NCBI RefSeq assembly: GCF_006345805.1
Contig: NC_043014.1
Location: 4,402,001 to 4,466,000, forward strand
Length of the DNA: 64,000 nucleotides
Source: Octopus sinensis
Lineage: Eukaryota
Direction of reading: 5' to 3'
The notes under the pieces are model-generated. The model worked only from the letters and a program-made list of their open reading frames with translations. It searched no databases and was not told where the DNA came from. Each line of letters starts with the position of its first letter. Position 1 is the stretch's first letter. The position numbers and the translations under genes were made by a program. Below, one piece after another: positions 1-11,475 of the stretch.

Positions 1-121
1 CACAATTCGTTCACACGTAACTAAACATGACTTCTTTTAGGTGTCAAATTGTAAAGAATGTTTCCGTTATTTCAATTTTGCTTAATATCTTTTTTATTTG
101 ATTTATTCTTACCAATTCTAG

Positions 122-621
122 GTGTGGCTGGTGGACAACATTCTACACAAACTGGTGGCGGAAGTAATCTCTTGTGTTTACCCAACGACCCCATTTGGGC
201 CAATTATACCACAGAAGTTGAAAAAGGTGGTAACATTTATGGCAGTGAATATGAACTATATTTATACCCAACGAATAAACTCTTTTCTTTTGCTAACGCT
301 GAATCAATTCATGAGCACAACGTTCCGTGTGCTGTCTGTTTGACACGACAACCCGCTGTTGTTATGATGTTACCAGCCAGGACAAAGTGTTACCGTGGTT
401 GGACAATTGAGTATTCAGGATATTTGATGTCCGGTCATTACGGGCATAAGGGTAGACATGAATATGTGTGTGCGGACTATGCACCAGAAGCTGATCCATC
501 AGGTTACAGAGACGAAGATGGAGTTCGATTATATTTCGTTCAGGCTGCTTGTGGTTCATTGCCATGTCCACCGTATGTCAATGGTCGAGAATTAACCTGC
601 GTTGTGTGCAGTAAATACTGA
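122..621 (+). CDS. Gene G1, terminal exon 4 of a short-chain collagen C4/NC1-like domain protein (upstream exons are outside the window)
   Basis: Polypyrimidine tract and ctAG acceptor at 120-121. Reads (G)VAGGQHSTQTGGGSNLLCLP...CAVC...CVVCSKY*. AATAAA at 683-688. Paralogous to exons at 11476, 27465 and 42480. Confidence 0.88.
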
Positions 622-2304
622 ATAGAAATTTACATTCGTTTCTATATGAAAATTTATGTCGGTGAATCATAAAATATAATATAATAAAGCAACATATACG
701 TTTCTTGTAATTGTGTTTCGCAATATTTTATCCAAGTAATATATGTCGTTAAATAAATTGCTGCTACAAGTTTTCAGAAAATATTCAAAACGAAACAACA
801 GAGACGTCATAGAATGTGACAAATAGCTTAACAGAACGATGTAATCCTCAAGGAATGATTCTAGAATACATTGTATGAGGTTCAGTTTATCAAATTTAAA
901 AGTTGAAGTAAAATGGTGGTTCGTTTAAATGTGTGTTGTATTCCATCTTAAAATGAAAACAATCCCCAAATGAAACACCTCCGTAGAAATATATCACCCT
1001 TTCATGATCAATCTTAAAAACACGATAAAAGCTTGTAACTAACATCACTAAATCATGATGGGTTAATAAAAAAAAAATACTCCCATACGTATCATTAAAA
1101 CTACAATCGATGCGATGAAAGCTCTGCAATCCAATCGCGGATATTACCTAATAAAGGATATTTGATATCCACTGAAGAAATACCACAAAATGTTGACTAC
1201 CTAACTACTTGTCAGGTTACTAACACATTGAAGTGTTCACGAAACACTTTCGACACGGGTACAAGTACACGTCCCACGATTAACTATTTTCAACCTACAT
1301 TCACGTATTGCCACATTTCTTCAAAAATCACACACACACAGCCTCGCGTCACATTACACACGCAGACTATCATCGTTCCCTGAACACTGATGTGCCAAAA
1401 TAAAACATGAAACCACCAAGAAATATGAGTACACATCAGGAACAGCATCAACCGAATCTACAGCAACACCACAAAACATCAAGTTCAACAAATTATCTCC
1501 GTCTGTAACATAAAAGTATCAAACTCGCAGAAGTGGATCTTGCTTCGAGATACATGCATACAATAACTGTAACACACATAAACGACTTAGTAAGGAAAGG
1601 AACACCACTTATAAAATATACATTAGGTGGAATCAGTGCAACATGCTGAGTGTTTCACACTCTACCCAGCATGATTGCTCCTTGTATGTGGGAGTTTGTA
1701 GAATGGCTGCCAGATAAACGAAGGTATCCGTGGAAAGAGGGATCTGTGGGTGGCAGCATGTTTTTTTGTCCGATTCATTGCGTGCCATAAGAATGCTCGA
1801 TTGTGAAAAAGCTAGAGAAAAAGAATAATAATTAAGTAATATGAACGCACGAAATGCAAATTGACAAATGAATATATGGAAACATTCAACATGGCGTTTC
1901 CAGTGAACAGTATTAGCGCTCAGTATTAGGCATAAGAAATTTTTAGGTTCGTTAAAATGTGCTAATGGCATATTTCAAACTCTAAAGGCAAATTCTGTGC
2001 AAAAAGCTGCTAAAACAGCATATCAGTCCTGTGATGCTCCCTATCGGGTTCCAGTTCAGTCGTTATCAAAAGAAAATACCGAAGAGGGGAATATCTGGCC
2101 AAACTTAAAGCCATAGCTTTAACTTAAACATAGTCAACAACAACGAGTAAGTGACGCCATTAGAGCGCCAGGCTGGAGTCTGTCGTGAGTTACCTCCCTT
2201 CGGTATTTCTCTTTGATAAATACTTCGCTAGAGGAGATGACTTCAACCTTGTGCCCCAACAGTAACTGCGGTCGCTCGTACGAGCCTGCATTTTCCCCGC
2301 ATAT

Positions 2305-2339
2305 TTGTGTGTATGTTTGTGTGTGTGTGTGTGTATGTG

Positions 2340-2377
<38 letters not shown>

Positions 2378-2770
2378 AGTGTGTGTGTCAGCGTGTGTGT
2401 GTGTGTGTATGTGTCACTGTGTGTGTGTGGGTTTCAGTGTGTGTGAGCGTGTGCCAGTGTGTTTGTGTGTATGACAGTGTGTGTGTCAGTGTGTGTGTGT
2501 CAATGTGTATGTGTGTCACTGTGTGTGTGTTAATGTGTGTGTCTGTGTCAGCGTGTGTGTGTGTGTGTGTCAGTGTGTATGTGCGTGTCAGTTTTGTGTG
2601 TGTGTTTGTCAGTGTGTGTGCGTTTTTGTGTGTGTCAGTGTGTGTGTGTGTCAGTGTGTGTATGTATGTCAGTTTGTACGTGTGTATGTGTGTCAGTGTG
2701 TGTGTCTGTCTGTCAGTCTGTGTGTGTGTGTTTGTGTCAGGATGTGTATGTTTGTGTGTGTGTTTCTGAG
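2305..2770. repeat. Imperfect (TG)n/TCAG(TG)n microsatellite upstream of the promoter (also ~15600-16040, ~31570-31900, ~44548-45265)
   Basis: Directly visible. Confidence 0.95.
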
Positions 2771-2828
2771 TATTCGTCTGTTGAACGAAATACTTCCCAC
2801 ACTGAATATTAAAACGGTTACCCAATAA

Positions 2829-3227
2829 TCTTTATATATAAAAGTGAAGTTGTGTGTCTGTCTCCTACGATTTAGATTCCTAACTACTCCCACATTTTGG
2901 GGTACAGTTTGACCAAAACCGGGTATATTATAGTCGTCATTCATATCGAGCCCTTCTGGGTATTAGCGCGCGTCTACGATGAGTCTACGATTTTAAAAAT
3001 ATTTTACCATCATTTTTTTTTCATTTTAATGCATTTTATTGCTATTATATAAGGGAAGTAACTCTCTAAAAATGCCTACGATGAGTCAACGATTTAAAAA
3101 AAATTTACCATCATTTTTTTTTCCATTTTTAATGCATTTTTTTGCTATTTTTTGGCTATAACTCTTTAAAAATGCTTATATTGTTATTTCCCTTACAAAC
3201 TCGAGCAACGCCGGGCGATACTGCTAG
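2829..3227 (+). mobile_element. Non-autonomous Helitron (399 bp)
   Basis: Begins TC and ends with the hairpin-like CTCGAGCAACGCCGGG...CTAG. Inserted between A and T with no TSD. The empty site cccaataa|taacaaataaaat is visible in the paralogous promoter at ~31957-31977. Confidence 0.88.
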
Positions 3228-3588
3228 TAACAAATAAAATTAAATAACAACATTAGTAAATAAATATATCATAATATATCCAGAAACAGGAATCATTTCA
3301 CTTTACACGTGTCTCTCATTCATCAAAATATTTTGTTAATTATTGTGTGACAATATCAAACCATCTCTTTCCAATAATTAAACCTGTCAGACAAGTTCAC
3401 ACCCGCTTTTACAGTTCCACCAATCGCATTGGTTCATACATTTACGATAAGATCTATGCCAGAGCTGGGTTGTTGTGCGCTCAATAAATACGTGGAATTC
3501 AGTTACAGGTCTTCAGCTTAAACCTCGCATCTCGATCTTTTGTTGAAGCCACACGAAGTATCACGTACGACCGACAACTGTCACCAGA
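3228..3588 (+). promoter_or_regulatory. Putative promoter/5'UTR, nearly invariant in four copies (also ~16096-16456, ~31964-32324, ~45322-45682)
   Basis: Conserved block directly upstream of the ATG. Contains inverted CCAAT-cgc-ATTGG (3420-3432), GATAAG (~3447) and Inr-like TCAGTT (3499-3504). The TSS is not demonstrable from sequence. Confidence 0.5.
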
Positions 3589-3732
3589 ATGGATTTCGCA
3601 CAACTGTCCAGGAATATTTCGCAGCGTTATTCCATTTCTTCTCTCATAGCTTTTGGGGTTCTTCTCGTTCTGACGATCGTGATTCTTCATCAAGATTCAA
3701 GAATAGGAAAAATGGAAGAGAAATCAAAAACG
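3589..3732 (+). CDS. Gene G2 exon 1 (signal-anchor/transmembrane segment)
   Basis: ATG...MDFAQLSRNISQRYSISSLIAFGVLLVLTIVILHQDSRIGKMEEKSKT, then a perfect GTAAGT donor (phase 0). Four near-identical copies occur in the window. Confidence 0.82.
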
Positions 3733-4152
3733 GTAAGTCATGGATTTTGTGTTAATATATTTATGTCTTTATGTATTTATATATGCATGTATGTATGTAT
3801 GCATTTACGTATGTATGTATTAATATGTGGATGTATGTACGTACGGATGGATGGATGGATGTAAGGATGTATGCACGAATAACGTACATATGTCCCTATG
3901 GAGCACACACACACACGTAAGATCACACACGTAATCACACACGAACACACAGGCGCACACACCTAAACATACATATATATACATATACATATTTTCGTAT
4001 ATATAATATACATACATATGTATATATAAATATACATATATATGAATATATTAGTGCCTGAACATATATAGATATATATATACAAACAAACATATGCGTG
4101 TGTGTATCTATCACTGTATCTCTCTGTCTATCTCTCTCTCTCTCTATTTATC

Positions 4153-4212
<60 letters not shown>

Positions 4213-4592
4213 TGTGTGTATGTGTTTGTTTGTATATAAATATACTCTGTTAACCGTTTCAGTCATTTGACTGCGGCCATGCTAGAGCACTGCGTTTAGT
4301 AGGACAAATCGACTTCAGGAATCATTCTTTGTAAGCCTATTGCTCATTCTATCGTTATCTGTAGCCAAACCGCTATGTAACGGGGATGTAAACACACCGA
4401 CATCAGTTTAGAATCGATAGTGGTGCGACAATAACAGACACTTACATAAAACATAGATACATACAAACTATGTGTGCTATACACACACACACATACGTAC
4501 ATCTATATATATATACATATCATATATACATACACATATATAGTTACGTATGTATATACATACATATCTATCTATCAATCTATTTATCTACA

Positions 4593-4660
<68 letters not shown>

Positions 4661-4666
4661 AATCTA

Positions 4667-4776
<110 letters not shown>

Positions 4777-5452
4777 TACACATCCTAAGTAAACACAAAG
4801 AAGAGTGGAATTGTACTCCTGTCCGATCGCTCTTTCACCAGACATAATCCTGGAGAGGGAAATAAGTGCCTAATGAAAAAATCTAATGGTGGGGTTCTAG
4901 CATGGCCATGCCCTGTTGCTGCAACGTTTAGCCCTATTAATATTAGTGTTAAATATTATATCTAGATGTACACTTGCGCACACGCACAGAAACAGACACA
5001 TACAAACACACACACACGCACACGTAGGAATACGTACATATTTACACACATTTATCTATTTCTCTCCATCAGGAGCGGAAGTGAGGCGAGTTTTTTTTAA
5101 TCTTTTGTTTCCAACTGAAAATAAAACGTGCGAGTGCCAATGTAGATCGGTGAATTTCGTAATGTTTGACTGTAATTCACGTTGGTTTTTATATATGACA
5201 ATATGTAAGAACGAATGTAAATACATACACACAGACACACGGACAAACACACGCACAAATAAACACAAACACACACACATACGCACACACACAGACACAC
5301 GTGCCCAATTGTACACGGAGAATCACACTATACAGTGTATGTCCACTCACATATATGTGTGCGTTTGTGTGTGTGTATGCGTATAAGTAGATACGAATAT
5401 TTGTGATATTTATGGTGTGTATGCTTCAGCGTACGTGCATACGTATATATTG

Positions 5453-5502
<50 letters not shown>

Positions 5503-5539
5503 TTATATATATATATATATATATATATATGTCTGTGTG

Positions 5540-5815
5540 GAGGCGCAGTGGCCTAGTGGTTAGGGCAGCGGACTCATGATTGTCGGATCGAGGTTTCGAT
5601 TCCCAGACTGGGCGTAGTGAGTGTTTAATGCTCCACGAGACTCAGGGAATTGGGTTGTTGTGATCACTGATGTACTCTTTCGCTACAACTTTTTCCCTTC
5701 CTTCTGTTGGCCTGCTCGCGTTGTCATTTGAAGGCTAAAACAACGCGAAGCGCATTGTGACTAGCGATGTGTAGCAACAACTGATAGCCTGGTCTGTGAC
5801 GGTGATCACGGAGTT
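5540..5815 (+). mobile_element. tRNA-derived SINE; related copies at ~19428-19700, ~35420-35690, ~37281-37525, ~47858-48135 (+) and ~18080-18350 (-)
   Basis: A-box TGGCCTAGTGG, B-box GGTTTCGATTCCC, shared body ...gtcatttgaaggctaaaacaatgcgaagcgcattgtgaccagcgat. Confidence 0.75.
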
Positions 5816-6871
5816 ATATGTATCATACGTACACAATACACACACACACATACACACGTACATACACACACACCAGCACAGATATCCACATATACCTTTA
5901 TACAGATACGCACACACTCATACACACATGGGCAGAGACACACACGCACATACACGCACTTAAGCGCACACACGCACGCACATTACTCCCACACAACTCC
6001 AGAAAAACCCAAAACACACACGCATGTACAAATTCACATACACACCGATACATATACATACACACAATATATGCCTACACGCACACACATACACATCCGT
6101 ATACACATATAGACACAGACACACACACACACACGCACGCAAAAACATGCGCACACATACGCACGTACACACGCACATTAATGCACACACCGAAAACTCA
6201 CAACCCCACGGATACACGCATATACACCTATATACGCTTACACACACACATACAAACGTACACGTACATGCACTCACGCACATACGAGACGCACGCACAT
6301 ACATACACACACACAAACTTCACACTAACGGTACCTACTACTTGACCTGGGGTAGAGACAAAAGGAGCCACGCCCAATTCCTTCTTCCTTGACCTTAACA
6401 CTACTAACCCTACAACACGCAAAGATTAACAGCCACAACCACACACACTTACACACGCACATGCACACACACACACATTTGTCATCATTGCACACATACA
6501 CACATACTCACATACACACGCGCACACGCAGACCTCCGCGCACGCTCTTATCCACACTCACACACACACATCCCTCCTCCTCTACCTCTCTCCTGTCTTT
6601 GAAAGATCTTTACTTCTCCCATTTCCTTCCGGTTATTCAAAATGCGCCCGCGTGTGTACCATTGGCGATTTTTTGTCTTCCGTCTTCCCTCCTCTGGATC
6701 TTTCCTTCTCGTAAGTTTCCGACGAAGAGCTCCACCTGAAACGTTAAACCCTCCTTCTTTCCTTCTCTACTGAGCGTCCAGTAATACTATGCTGGTTCCA
6801 CGTCCTCGCGTTGTTGTTTTTTTTGTGCTTTCTTGTTTGGATTAAATTTAACTATATATATACATGTGTGT

Positions 6872-6922
<51 letters not shown>

Positions 6923-6943
6923 GAAATATGTGTGTGTATATAT

Positions 6944-6975
<32 letters not shown>

Positions 6976-6977
<2 letters not shown>

Positions 6978-7580
6978 AGCAGTCATACCCGGCATTGCAG
7001 GGGATTAAAATGGCAAAGATGGTATATAATATATTCCAGTCATTTTGAAACAGGTGATATGAGAAAGTGCAACATTGACAAAAAAACATTTGTAGAGTAA
7101 ATGCTAGGCTAATTCGACTAAGCAACATGCTAAGCGCCCGTTTGGAGTGTTTCAGGCCCTAACCTGTCATGCAAAATTGGAGGTGGAGTTTGAGTGATTT
7201 TTGAACGCACCGAAAAGCTGTCAGTGGATATACTCTTCTTTGCAGCAGTGTGCGCTGTGTCTAACACGACCCATCATCGGAAATTTTGACACCTCACGTC
7301 GGGTTTGTTGTCCTACATCACTTATAGAGTAAGTTTGGAGGAACGGTGGTTGTTCATTCGCGGGTACCAGGGAACCAATGAGGGGATAGACTTGCCCTTG
7401 AACTTTCACGTCGGCGTAAATTCATGTTTATCTATCTTCTTAGATTCACCAAACGATGTCATTTGAAATTCAGATTCTTATTGTCTGATATTGTTCAGAA
7501 AATCGTTCGACTCGATTGAAGCGCCTTCTAGAATATTCCTAAGAGGTTGAGATGGTAGTGTCTGCAATGATACCTGTCCG
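6976..7580 (-). mobile_element. Old deleted Helitron remnant in intron 1 (3' terminus plus RepHel fragment); copies at ~21517-22110, ~37112-37250 and 37648-38250, ~50707-51310
   Basis: Minus-strand hairpin-like sequence and CTAG end. Decayed peptides FLNNIRQYNSAFQMTSFG and KVQGQVYPLIGSLVP..PPFLQ are typical of the region upstream of the Helitron Rep domain. Confidence 0.72.
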
Positions 7581-7634
7581 ATAATAAATACACTGAAGTT
7601 CTATTTATATGATGCTATTTCTATTTTTTCACAG

Positions 7635-7686
7635 AACCGTTTCATCTCCAAGAAATCTCTCGACGATAAACCTGATGATACGCCAA
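7635..7686 (+). CDS. Gene G2 exon 2 (stalk, NRFISKKSLDDKPDDTP)
   Basis: ttttttcacAG acceptor and GTAAGA donor. The 52 nt convert phase 0 to phase 1, exactly what is needed to join exon 1 to exon 3 in frame. Confidence 0.8.
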
Positions 7687-7959
7687 GTAAGAACTGATTT
7701 TATGGCTAAAGTCTTTTACCCGTGTCTCCTTAACTAATGATTTAAAATTTTACCAACTTTGAATTAGTTCCACATTACTATCCATATATCCACAATAATA
7801 TATACTCAGACACTTGCCTGAATTTATTTCAAAATATGTTCTATTTACAATAATTTCCTAAATAAAACGTTACTCTAATATACTAGCCATTTATTGTGTG
7901 TATATGAGTAAATATGCAGTGCTACGTCGAGAATTGTTTCGGCCCGCACGGTTCATCCG

Positions 7960-9605
7960 AGATACTTCTTCTAAAATGGCTGAGCCTTGCTCAACCAGAT
8001 CATAAGAAATGTGAGAAGAAGCACTAACAATGCGCTCTTGTATTGAAGTCCAAACTCCATGTTGAAAACATTCGGCTTTTGCACAAATACAAACATTTGG
8101 ATATCCGTACGAGTATTTTACGGTAAAAGGTATTTGCCCAATAATCTCACCTTCCTGGTAAACCATCCTGAACATGCCCCACGGCACGTGGTCTACAGCG
8201 TATTCCCCTTGGAAATATTTCAACGTTTTCTCGAAGATCTGCCTTTGAACGAATCTCTGGTCGGGTGTACTGTATCCAGGACAGTAGTCCTGGACGCGAC
8301 AATTTCCCAACGTAACTATTCTAGACATGTAGTGTAGACTTTGTCTTAAAAAATCTGCGATTATTACCCCGGATTGACATTGCCCTCGTGTTTTCCCTGA
8401 TGCCCCATTCCACCTAGCATACATGGGTCACTCAAGGAATACCATGTGTATTTAAGGGTTTTAAATTATCAAGACGAACGTATTTCTCTCCAGCAGCTTT
8501 ATCACTTTTCAGTGACTTTAGTTCGACAAAAATAATACAATCACTAATTGATTTCGATGCCCAAGTTTATTCATGTGGGTCTCTCTCAATTTGGATGCAA
8601 TATTATCCACAATTTTGTTTCTTATTCCATCATCCACTACTGCTTTCAACTTTATTCTGTAGGTCGCACTGGACTTACCAATTTACTAGGTTCTCCCAAC
8701 TGTAGGCATCTTCCGGTTTCAGACATCTTGGTAGTGGTCAGTTGACAACTCCCTCCACTCCTTTTACCCGAACCTCCAGCACAGACTCAAAGAGGACTGA
8801 GACGACAACAACATCTATCGAGAACCTCTGTCACTAAGCATTTCTATTCCAAGTACCCTTATAAACAACCGTCTTAAAACGATATCTATATCATACAGCG
8901 TCCGTTTGCTGCCAGAAGACTAGTATGGCCACCCCATTAAGGTGTGTGACGCCATTCCACCCAATCAATACTTCTTGCGTTTATCAGCGCCAAAGTGTGC
9001 ACGGAAGTCTCCTCGTAAGACGAATGACTTTACCCCAAATATATCCAAAGCTGCAGTGACTTTGTTAAGGAAGCATTTGTATTTGGCCTCGCTATTGGGT
9101 GCATTTACTTCCAGCAGCTACACCACTCCTTCATTCTGCTTGAGCTTCAGGAGGTATCCCTTAATACCTAGTGGGATTCACTTCATAATCCAATCTGAAA
9201 GCCAATGAATGTGAGCATACCACTTCCGACAGTGCAGACATAGTTGGTGGCACACCTGCACGGTGGTGTTTCCAACCTACTTCCAAGTGTGCGCCTCCGA
9301 AGTAACGAACCTTTCTTGAGGAGACACCGATATAGCGTTTTATCTCCTCCGGTTTTGACAGTCTAATTCTCAATTATGAACTGTTGATCCCTTCTGGCCC
9401 TGCTTCGGGGTTCCTGAACACGCATATTTTGTATTCCCTTCCCATGCATCCCACATTGAGTTGGGTGGAGACGGCAATATATTTCCTAAATGGACTCCTC
9501 CATCCAAGATCCGGACGCAAATGCTGTTATCCGACTCGATGAATGACGCGGTATGGCTATTCCTTCGAGCCCTTTGCATATTGTAGCTATGATGGCCTGA
9601 TTCGC
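7960..9605 (-). mobile_element. Degenerate RTE-clade LINE remnant in G2 intron 2 ('X' lineage)
   Basis: Frameshifted APE endonuclease and RT pieces, e.g. DHVPWGMFRMVYQEG resembling D(R)VPRGILW.VL.EYG. Confidence 0.65.
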
Positions 9606-9663
9606 TTTATTGCATATTGTAACTATGATGGCCTGATTACTTTATTTCATTTTAATTTCACAG

Positions 9664-9738
9664 AACCCGGTCCCGGATCATTGTATACCCGGTGGGGCAG
9701 AACTACTTGTCCTACTAATTCAAGCCTTGTATATGACG
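9664..9738 (+). CDS. Gene G2 exon 3 (KPGPGSLYTRWGRTTCPTNSSLVYDG)
   Basis: tttcacAG acceptor, GTTAGT donor, 75 nt, phase 1-1. YTRWGRTTCP is the typical start of the short-chain collagen C4-like domain. Confidence 0.88.
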
Positions 9739-10479
9739 GTTAGTATACTCTGTATTTCTCTCCTCTCTTTCACATTTTATCTTTCTCTTCTTCTCTTTTT
9801 ATTCCTCTCATTTTCTCTTCGTGTCGCTCCCTCTGTCGCCGTTTCTCTCACGCACACGCACACACACTCAAGCCGATCATCTGATGACATATCACGTTTG
9901 AAACGATACCTACAGACCCTATAGACACTATACAAGACTGCTTACTCCTTTGTAGGTATTTGGTCAAATCAGAATTTTAAATGTTGCCTAGAGTTGACCA
10001 GGTGAAAAGGATGTTGTCTGACCACAGAATATAGATATCTGTACTTGAAATTATAGATAGGGACTAGACTGGGGTCCAGTATAGCGATCAAGAACTCCTG
10101 GCTGACTTGTATGGAGTGTAGATATCAAATACCAAGCCTGCTAATTGGTTATAAATTGTACTGGCTACGGATGGTGGTATTGTACGAGTGTGACCACAGG
10201 TGAAGAATGGCAGCTTGACTAACATTAACTACAGTGCCTGTTGATTGTTGTTATAGACTAAATTGAACAAGGCCTAATTAGAATTGATGACAGTGGCTGT
10301 AAATGGTTAATGAAATGAACGCAGAACGTACAATGTGGACTGAACAAACCACACACTGTAACTAATGGACAAAGCTAACTAAGGGCCGTATTTATTATGC
10401 AGAATATGGAGGGACCAAGTACCACTGAGAGAACCCAAGTGAGTACATATTGCACTTGTATTCTTCACCGCCTTACCGA

Positions 10480-11030
10480 AATCGTCCTATCTCTCAAACC
10501 TTTCTGTTTCCATGCGCGACCTCCCCTCATTAATTGTCTAGCATATCTTTGTAAGCTAACGCCGGCACATCCAATTCAAAGCTACTGCTTCCCACATCTT
10601 CTCCAACCAACCTCACATCTTTTGTGAATCTGCTCCCTATAAACCCTACACATATCCTTTATCGGTTGACGGCATCGCTATCCATTCAGCACTACCCCAT
10701 CAACGAACCTCACAATTCACCCCCTCACCCCCACCCAATCCTAGTTCATGCTTTGCATAAAATAATATCTGTGTGATGATAACCGCTATGTAGGCCCAAC
10801 TCGTCCGAGACAAACCGTTGGATGTAGCCAGTCAACACCCGTATGGTCGGCTAAACAGTATTTCATCCACTCTTACCCACCAGTTCTCTGCATCTCGCCG
10901 TCTCTCGTATTGTTCTACTCAAACCACATGCAATTCCCATCACCAACAATTTTCACGTTCAAACGGGAACGACATCTTTTCCATTTCGGGAAATCACGAC
11001 CACATGCGTTACAAAATCCATTTCCTTTCT
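10480..11030 (+). mobile_element. Possible Penelope-like GIY-YIG remnant in intron 3 (also ~41570-42110)
   Basis: Decayed peptide CDDNRYVGPTRPR resembling C.C...YVG.T...L..R..QH; heavily degraded. Confidence 0.35.
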
Positions 11031-11475
11031 CCGTTTATTGACCTCCACACACAAACATCTACCCCATGCAATACACATCACAAATACTTACCCGTACACA
11101 CACACAGACACAAACACACACACAAACACAAACACACGCAAAAACACAAACACACGCACACATACACACATACACACACACACGCACACGCACGCACGTA
11201 CACAAACACACAGGCACACACAAACACACGTAAACACATACACACACACACATGTAGAGAAGACAAACGCACAGCTGCTGTGAACTTATACGCACTCTCA
11301 TACAGCAACACACAGCTTACACTAACATAAACACTAACATATATACACCACGATTCGTTCACACGCGACTAAACATGACTCCTTTTAAGGGTCAAACTGC
11401 AATGAATGTTTCCGTAATTTCAGATATTATTTTGCTTAATATGATTTTTATTTGATTTATTCTTACTGTTTCTAG

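Noticed and set aside
58-121. Apparent signal peptide MFPLFQFCLISFLFDLFLPILG on the G1 ORF
   Set aside because: This is the polypyrimidine-rich intron end. The paralogs have indels and stops here, and the AG at 120-121 is the splice acceptor.
4841-4870. Possible 24-nt exon (tttcaccAG ACATAATCC...GAAATAA GTGC)
   Set aside because: It has an immediate stop in phase 0, is deleted in G5/6, and is not needed for the reading frame.
5540-5615. Possible tRNA genes
   Set aside because: A/B boxes continue into a shared SINE body, and the copies are degenerate and lack a complete cloverleaf.
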